Source: a virus. From it: a stretch of DNA of 64,000 bases. The notes below the pieces were generated by a model. The model saw only the letters and a list, made by a program, of their open reading frames with translations. It was not told where the DNA came from and did no database searches. Positions 9,301-18,300 of this stretch are shown here, one piece after another (the stretch's first letter is position 1; every line of letters starts with the position of its first letter). The DNA lies in the IMG/VR virus record IMGVR_UViG_3300006793_000015, positions 32,001 through 96,000 of that record; one strand, 5' to 3'. A program made the translations under genes and the position numbers.

Positions 9301-12300
9301 TACAGCAATTGTTTTAACATGTCTAGGGCCATCCACACGATCAAACTTAATTGTTTCTAAAATATCTCTTACTTTAAAGTTTTCTAAGTTAGCGTATACT
9401 ATCGCGCCGCTACCTGCGCCGCCTTGTACTGTAACTTTAGGCGTGGTTACATAACCTGTCCCAGGATTTGTTACAGTGACTGATTCTACTTCATCTAAAC
9501 CTGGTGACTTCATTACAGGAACAGCGGTTGCGCCGCTTCCGTCTCTATGTGTACCATCTTCTAATGCTGAGAATCTAAAATATCCTTTGGCGGCATTACT
9601 TGCGTCTGTTTGCGTAAAGGTATATGTTGAACCTCTATACAATATTAAATTAGGACGCTCTACACCGTCAATATAAAAATCTGGATTGCCTTCGCCATCA
9701 ACTACTACAGTAACAGCAAATGTTTTTGTTTCTGGAGTGGGTAATGCTGGCTGTACTCTCACCTTCCAACCCATGTCTTTAATATCACTACTGTAATACC
9801 ATAATGTATCTGGGCTATGGGTTGGAATAGTTAAAACTGCTTGCGCGCCACCTTCTCCTGGTCTTACCAGGCTAGTGTATGAATATCCAAGTTCCCATTG
9901 GGCACCACTTTCAATAATAACTACCGGAGGAGTTGTTGTTGTTTCTTTACCATCATACTTCGTTGTATCATATGATGACTCTGCATACTCTGAAAGATCA
10001 GTTGTGCCGTAGCCGCTACCACCATCAACAACAGTCATAGATTCAATATGCTTAGTGTAATGATTGGACCAATTGACCCATGGGCCAGTCTGCATTCTTT
10101 CGTCATCGTCTGCGTTATATACATTTGGTGAACGGAATATTTCTTGTGTCGCATCCCAGTAACCTGGAAGATCAAAGTCTGTAACCGCAGTCAATGCTAC
10201 ATCAAGGTATGGATATCTATATACATACTCTCTTAAATTTGTTCTATATGGTTTTGCTTCCTTAATATAATTTTCTATACTATCCTGTACGTCATAACTG
10301 TAGTTTGTAATTTCAGTAAGTTCTCTTACTGTTTGTATTACTTTTACAAAACTGGTTTTAAATGCCCAGTCAATTTGTAGGTTTTGGTCGTGTAGTGCAA
10401 AACGAACTAACTCAAACCAAACTTTATTAAAATGCTCTTCTAATTCATCAATAAACAAATTGTCTTGTAACGCACTAACGATGTACCTCAGTTCTTGTAG
10501 AGGTTCTGTTAATGTATATAGTTCTGTCTTTAATTTAACAGTTGCATTTTCTTCGCCTATTAAAGTATATGAATCAGAGCCTTTTACATATAGTTCCCAT
10601 CTAGATTGACCATTATTAATTACTTTTACCACATCACCTATAGCAGTGGTAATTTTTTCTAAATCGTTTCTTAGAGGAACAATTTGATCAATAACTGTGT
10701 TGCTACTATAGTTAGTAGCATACCAATCTACATAATCCCAATATTTGGTTGTGTCATATTTTTGTTTTTTATTAAAATTCCACAATCCTTGTGCTGTTGA
10801 CCATGAATATGATGTCCAATAATTTTCTCTTGTTTCGTCTTTCCTAACTATTACAGTGTAACCTTCTGAAACTGTATTAGTGTTTATATACGTTAATTCT
10901 GTATATGTTTCTACAATTTCATTGTAGCCAGTTGATGGAATTGGATCTGCGGTGCTAAGAGTAGTTAGATCAAAGTCTATCGCCATTTTATTAGTTGCAA
11001 ATACTGTATTACAGTAATTAACTAAAATTTTAATAGCGCCTGCTTTGTCAACAAACATTGTTTGTCTTGGATAATTTAATATTCCGTAACGTTGTCCAAT
11101 ACGCACTGTTGGGTCAGGTACACTTTTTTCTGTAATATCTAAACCAACTAAACTATCTGATAGTTTAGTTACCAAGTAACTATTTGGTTTAGACAATTTA
11201 TTATCTCTTTGCATTAACTGCCATTCAGTGTGTAAAGGAATATTATTTTTCTTTGTGTCATAATTAACGCTGAGTACAATATTCTTGTTAACTAGGTTTT
11301 TATTTAAATTATAACCAACAATTGCGTTTTGAGCAACTACACCTATATAAGCAAGTCCGTTACCTTCCGGATCTTTTAACATGTTAGCAACTGTATTGGC
11401 TGGAAGTTTTCTTGTTGCGGCTGGTATAAAACTTTGCAACTCTAATTCTCTTCCACGTGATGTAAATCTAATTTGTCCTGTCGCGTCTAAATATGCTCTA
11501 GATTTTTGTGGAATTGATGTTTTATTTTTAACCCAGTAATAATATACTGATTCAAGTAAGCCTGTTGCGTCGTCTTTTCTAACGTATTCAACATAAGCAC
11601 TATCGCTCGCAAACTTAGGAGTTCCGTCGCCATCATATACAGCGTAACTTGAAGGCAACGTATCACTTTCTACCCACTCATATACGCTAATTTGTGTGCC
11701 TGGGAATAGTTTACCCCATGATTTTTTTCTATACTCCAAATCACCTTGTTCATAATCAACATACTTGGTGTTTGTTAAATCCCACCACAATGTTCCAACT
11801 TGGTTAGGTCCCCAATGGTTATCTGAGTCTGTGGTCACTGTAGTATCTGTGGCCACATTATAAACTGCTGGATCATAGAATGTTTTGAAACTTATTTCTT
11901 GGTTTACAACGCCAGGTATCTTTCCTTTTACTGGATCCAAGTAGTCAACATAGTTTATAAACTTATTAGTTTTCTGATTGTATGTGAATACTTGATTAAT
12001 TGTGTCAATGTCAACTCTGGAATTTTGTTGTCGCTTAACATTCCAGGAGCCTTTGTTATTTGCGTCAATCGCCTCTAGTACTGAACCAGTATTAGACGTA
12101 TACTTACTAAACTTAATAGTATACGCAAGCGGTGGATTATCAAATGTAACTGTGCTATTAGGTGATGCATTGTCGCTTGTAAAGCCAGATAATATCTTTT
12201 TATCATTAATAGTAACTTCAATATTATCAGTACTATATTGTCCAGTTATTGCAAATGCTGTAGTTACACCATCTCCAATTGTTGTCTCTGTTTCGAAGTA

Positions 12301-15300
12301 ATCATCTCCTGGAGCACCAACGAACGCGGTGTTATTTGTTAATGTAATGCCTGAACCGTATTTGTCATACTGTCTGCGTTCTCTCCAATCTAAACGTTGA
12401 ATTAAACTGTTTGTCATATCGCTATTAATATCGTATATTAACGCAGACCCTGACTCTAATTGGATATCACTAATTGCCGTATTAGACTGATCAAATGTTG
12501 TTAAACCGTCATCTATACCTATCTCAACAATTGAGTTTCCTGCTGGACTACTAATTAACAATTTAGAAGCGTCTTCGTTAAACTTTATTCTTTCTCCATA
12601 ATAAGCGTTTTGTAAACCGTCTGGATGTACTAACGATGCTTTAAATTCATACAATGTAATACCAATTGCTGTAAACACTGCCACACCATTTGTATTACCT
12701 ACTGTAATACTAAGTTTATTATTTGTTGTGGTGCTAGTACTAGTAATTTTTAATTTATTATCCGAAGTGCTTTCTGCGGTGATGAATGTAATACTTGCGT
12801 CATTAATATCTTGTACAATATCAGTCAATGCTGTACCTGTAAATGTAACCTGTGTGCCGTTAATAACAATTTGATCACCAATACCAACAGTTGGATTAGC
12901 AACTGTTCCTGTTATTGTACCAGTTACTTTCATATTATTAATAAAGTAGTCTACTTCACCTGTATTATACGCTAAGGCAGCAGTTGCTCCTATGTAGGTG
13001 TAATCTGCACCTGTGGCACCAACTGCGACAATGTGACCACTGTCGCCTGATTCTACTTGCTTACCAAAAAATTCCAACTCGCTTGTTATGTTACTAGAAA
13101 GTTCTTGAACTTCGCTATACGTTTCGTTAGGTGACTTAGCATAAACTTTAGTGCTTCCTACTTGCAATTTTCCGCCGGCTGCTTTGTCTGGCTGGCCGAC
13201 AAATGCAAAATCTCCATTATCGTTTATAGCAACACTTCTACCAAAGTCTGTTGCTGATGCTCCTGATAGAGTTTGAACCTGATAAAAATAATTTCCAGTA
13301 CGCATCTCAACATTGTTAGAACCTAATGGTGGGAAGGTAACAAATGTAATTGTTCCTGCTCCTAATGTATAATCTAATCCTTCAATTTTAATTTGTCCAT
13401 CAACATACACTGTAACTTCTCTATTGTCACTGTATGATATTGTTGTCGCAAACGTTGGAGTTGCGCCTGTTCCGTTAAAGAACTCACTATTCGTTGTCGT
13501 AACAGTATTTGTTAGTCCATAAATGTGTGCCTTTAACTCTCCTGGCTCGCCAATAATCATATAGTTTCCGTTGTTACTAAGAGCAACATCATAACCAAAA
13601 TATCCATTTACTGCTGGCGCCGGTGATCGAAGTATATCAAATGCCTCATATGTTTTATCATCTTTTTGTTTTAAAACAATAACATAGCCTTCGTTACTAT
13701 TACTTCCTGGTGCTGTTGTTACAACGTAATCGTGTTCTTTAGTATTATCAAATCGCCACCCAAGAAGTCCGCTGTTGCGAAGTTTACTGCCGTCAATTAT
13801 ATTACTGTCAAAAGCAAAGTCTGCCGGCACTAAGGCAACCGTCTGTGTATTACTACCTCCTGGATCTTTAGGAACGGTATCTGCTTCTAATACAGGATAT
13901 TCCTTCATTGTTGGTCCTACTACGTAAGGATAAACTACAGAACCATCTACCTTAATTGTCAAAAAGTATGCGTATGTGCCGTCTGGATAATCAGGAGTTA
14001 CACCATAACGTCCATTGTGTTTGTCTAACGTGCCTGATCCATCTGAATAATAATAATCTTGTATAAAAGATCCTTTAGAATATTGGGTATAATTGTATTC
14101 TCTATCAGCAAGAGGAGCGTCATGTAACAAGTATGATGAGGTCATTCTTACTGGTGTTGTAGCAGAGTTAGTAGGAGTTTGATATCCAAAAGGTCCATAA
14201 ATTGGATAACCATCATAAGCATAGCCAATTATTTTAGAGTGCCCATCCGCGTGTCTCCAATGATCGCCGCTGTAATTAGTATCATTATAATAACTATTTT
14301 CTAAGTATACGCTGTCATTCCATTGGCTTAAAAACTTACCACTATAATAATTATAATGGTTGTCATCCAACGGTTGTCCGTCGCCACTGTCCAGTCCTAA
14401 TTTGCTTCTGTTTACTACAGCGTTCCATTGCCAATTTAATGGTGCTTTTCCTTTGGCACTGCCAGTGTCGTTAGTTAATTCTCCTTCAACTATAGGACTT
14501 TTAATAGTAACACCAGTTGCTGTAATACCAATACTATCACTTCCAATTTCTCTTGGAGTAGTAGTTGTGGTATTTGTTCCAACACGGATGTTTATAGTGT
14601 GTTCAAAAACTTTTGGTGTAACTCTATTAGAATTACTATCATTTGGAAATGTACCAAAAGATGATGGCTGTGGCAATCCGTCAGTATTAACAGTTAACAA
14701 GTATCCAGAGTTGTTTAAGTAACCTGACGTTAGTGAACCATCGCCACTTACAAAAATACTCTTAACATCAAATACTGTTTTGATGTCTCTTGTCCATTGT
14801 TCAATGTTGCCTGCTGAGGTGCCATCGTACACTGATCCTACTAATAATGTGGAAGTGTCTTTGTTAGTGGAAACTGCCTGCCCAAATCCAGTATTAATTG
14901 CTTTACTGTTAGGATATATTTGCTCTCTTAGCGTGTAAGGATTCTTTTTCTCTAATACTGCCCATTTCCCTGTATCAGCGTAGTCATCAACCCATGCTAA
15001 ATCACCGTCTTGCCAACCATATCTTGGTTCATCTGTTCCGTATAAACTGTCTGAACTATTATATCGAGCATTGGATAATACTACCATCTCGCCGCGTGTT
15101 ATAGTAGGTGCTTGTGAATCACCCAAACTTGCGTATGGTTCCAGTGACGTTGTTGCGTGTAATTTTAGTACATAAAGTCCGTTGGAGGATAAGTTTTCTT
15201 TTACTTTGTAAATTCCACTAAAATCTACTCCACTGTTTGACGTGCTTGTCCAGCGTCTTAAAATAATATATTCGCCTACTAGTATGGTACCAATGGGATA

Positions 15301-18300
15301 CAAAAATGCAACAGTTAATTCATTGTCGTTATCTTTAGATACACTTATAGGTGAATTCCCTGCGTTAGTAATTCTATATACTGCCCAATCTTTTGAATCC
15401 TCTTTAAACTGCGGTGGGAAACTGTCAGCACTAGAGACCCAAACTTTGTCACCAATTGCTAACGAATTAAGATACGCAGTTTTTTCAGTTAGTACTATAG
15501 ACTCACCTACTCCAGTTACTACGAAGTTTTTACCTCTATAACTGGACGGTATAATTTGTGTGCTATCAAAACTTACTACGGCACCATTATATAATGTAAC
15601 AGAGCCACTAGTAGTATAACTTGTTCTTCCAATTAACTGTGTTTCGATATTAATTGTTTCTTCTATTATAATAGTGTTAGAAGAAACCCACTCTGATAGG
15701 CTAACAACTGAATGTTTCGTATCGTCAGTTCTTACATACCCTGCTGTTGGAAGGGTTAGTCTATCATCTATTGTGTCTGATTCTATAGAGAATATATTTT
15801 TATTAAAGTGTAATGGTTCTAATGGCTTTTGGTAAAGATCGCTTGGACGAACTGTAATATTTTCATTCTTATATTGCTCGTCAGCATTAATAAGCTCTAT
15901 TAAGTCAGGACTTTCTTTAAATTTATTCTCTTCTAAGTAAAAATCAATACTTTGTGTGCTGTCTACAGAACCATACTCGCCAATTCTAAATGCCCATTCC
16001 TCGTATAAGTTAATTGAGGTATCCAAAGCAGGAACTTTTGCTCTGAGCAATTTATCAACAACCGCTGTTGTTCCTTTTTCTTTAATAAATCCTTGATAGA
16101 ATTTCTTTTGAGCAGTTTCGTCAATCTGCAGATTCTCTAAATATTTTCTACTTTGGTAACCTATTAGGTTAGAAGAAAGTTTCTCAGTGCTAAACTTCCT
16201 CACATCTTCTTCAATCTCGTAGAAGGCTCTAAACTGATCTGCTTTTGTATCCAAGTTAGGAAGCAAGCCAGTGTTAACTTCATCTAGTAGTTTCCATTTG
16301 CTAAAATCAAACTTTCCTTGTTCTGTTAAATCCGACGGAGCGTGTTTTATATTAGCGACATAAAATTTACTTTTAAATCTTATAATCTCGCCGAGTTCAT
16401 AATTATTGTTAACATCCCAATCATCAACGCTGTCATCTAATAAGACATAGCCTGGCAATTGTTGCGTTCCGTCCCACAATCTTGTCTTATAGCCTACTAA
16501 CTTAATTCTGTTTTGTCTGCTACCAGTGGTTAAGTTCCAAATAACATCATTAAATACAGTTTCATTTTCTACAATTAACAAATGTTCTGTTTGTATTGGA
16601 TTTAAGACGCAAGCGTATACACCATCTACTTCTTGGCTAGTGCTTAATTCAAATGTGTTATCTTCTCTCTTATAAAATAAATCTTGAACTAAAATCTTTT
16701 GCTTGTTTTGGTTGATAACTGATGACGGAATAATCTCGCTAGTTAAACTTCCGACCTGTGCGTTACTTAGATTAAACTTTAGAACTGAGCTACCAGCACT
16801 CATTGTAAGCATTGATCCGGGACCAAAGTTTGTTTGTGTCCAGTATAAAAATTCAACTCCTGACTGATCCCAATCTTCAACTAGTCCAAAATCATCGCTA
16901 ATATTATCAAATTGTAAACCAGTAGACTCTAAATATCTACCATAACTAATAATAAAATCATAAACATCTTGTATAGTTTTGTATTCTGTTCTATAAGGCA
17001 CTTTGGTTGGAGTATTTTTAAAATCTCCATATCGTAATACTGTAACTCCGCCTTGCGTTGGAATTTGCTGAGTCCTTGTTAAATATTGCCTATCATTTTC
17101 AAAATCATCTGTTGATGAAAAAGGAATATTAACAATGTAATATGACCCAGAGGTTGTTTCTAATATTTGTCCAGCTGCGTAATCATTATTAGGCTCGTAA
17201 GGAACGGTATCAAGTTGTATTCCACCAACTGAAACTTGTCTTTTATTTCCTGAGGTAGTAATACTTTGCAGAACATTAAAGTAAGGAGTATCGACAGAGT
17301 AACCATCAATAATGTAGCCAGACTCAGTTCTTTCAACTATCACACCCGAGTAATTAATTCTTTCTAATGGCTTTCCTTCTAATAGATAAAAGGAATAATC
17401 TTCTTGTGGTATAAACACGTCATTGGAAGAGCGTGTTGGTGAAATTTGCTCAAGTATAATCTTTAACTTTTCTTTATCTGTAAACCCTGCCATTTTATAA
17501 GCAAGATTAAGACTTAAACTATTAAGATTCTCATTAAACTTTATTGTGCTACCGCCCAAGTAAACTGTATAATCAACTATCCAGTTACCATAACCAGCAG
17601 TGTATTCAACAGTACCATCTGCGTTAACAAACCCATGTGTGCTTACTGCGTTAGGAACAATTGGTAACCCAGTGTCCTTGTGTACATAATGTCCTACTAG
17701 GTTTGTGGTTATTTTAGACACATCGTACATTAGTTCAAAATATTTTGCCGGCTTTGTTAACGCCATCAACTTCTGTAACGCGAACGGATAACTGCTAGAT
17801 CTTTTCCATGCTGTTTCAGCCGGACCGTCGTCACCTATTGCCCAATCTGCGCTTGTACTTGAATCAATTCTATCAATTAATCCAACATCTACAGGATGCA
17901 TTAAGTTACCAGCACTGTCTGTAGGAATATAGTTAGCAACTAAACCTGTGCGTTTGTATTTGTCATATGTGCCTGCTTTGGGTCCGGACGCAATCACGCC
18001 ATCCTCTAAGTCTTGCCACAATATTAAGTTATCTCTTGTGTAAGGTGCTGGGCCATAAGTAAGTTCCCACCACGATGGCTTATCTGTAAATCCAAGCATT
18101 TCCCACGGGCGTGTATGTGGTCTGTCTGTATCATAAAAATACTTGTAAATGCCTCTCCAGTAGCCAGGCAATAATTGTGTCGAATCAAATTTATTCTTTA
18201 TTAAACTATAGTTCCAAGTAAACGGATCGCTTACGTCGTAAGTTGAGTTTGTGATGTAATTTATTCCGTTTTTGTTAGCCCAATTGGATATGTAGGCACT

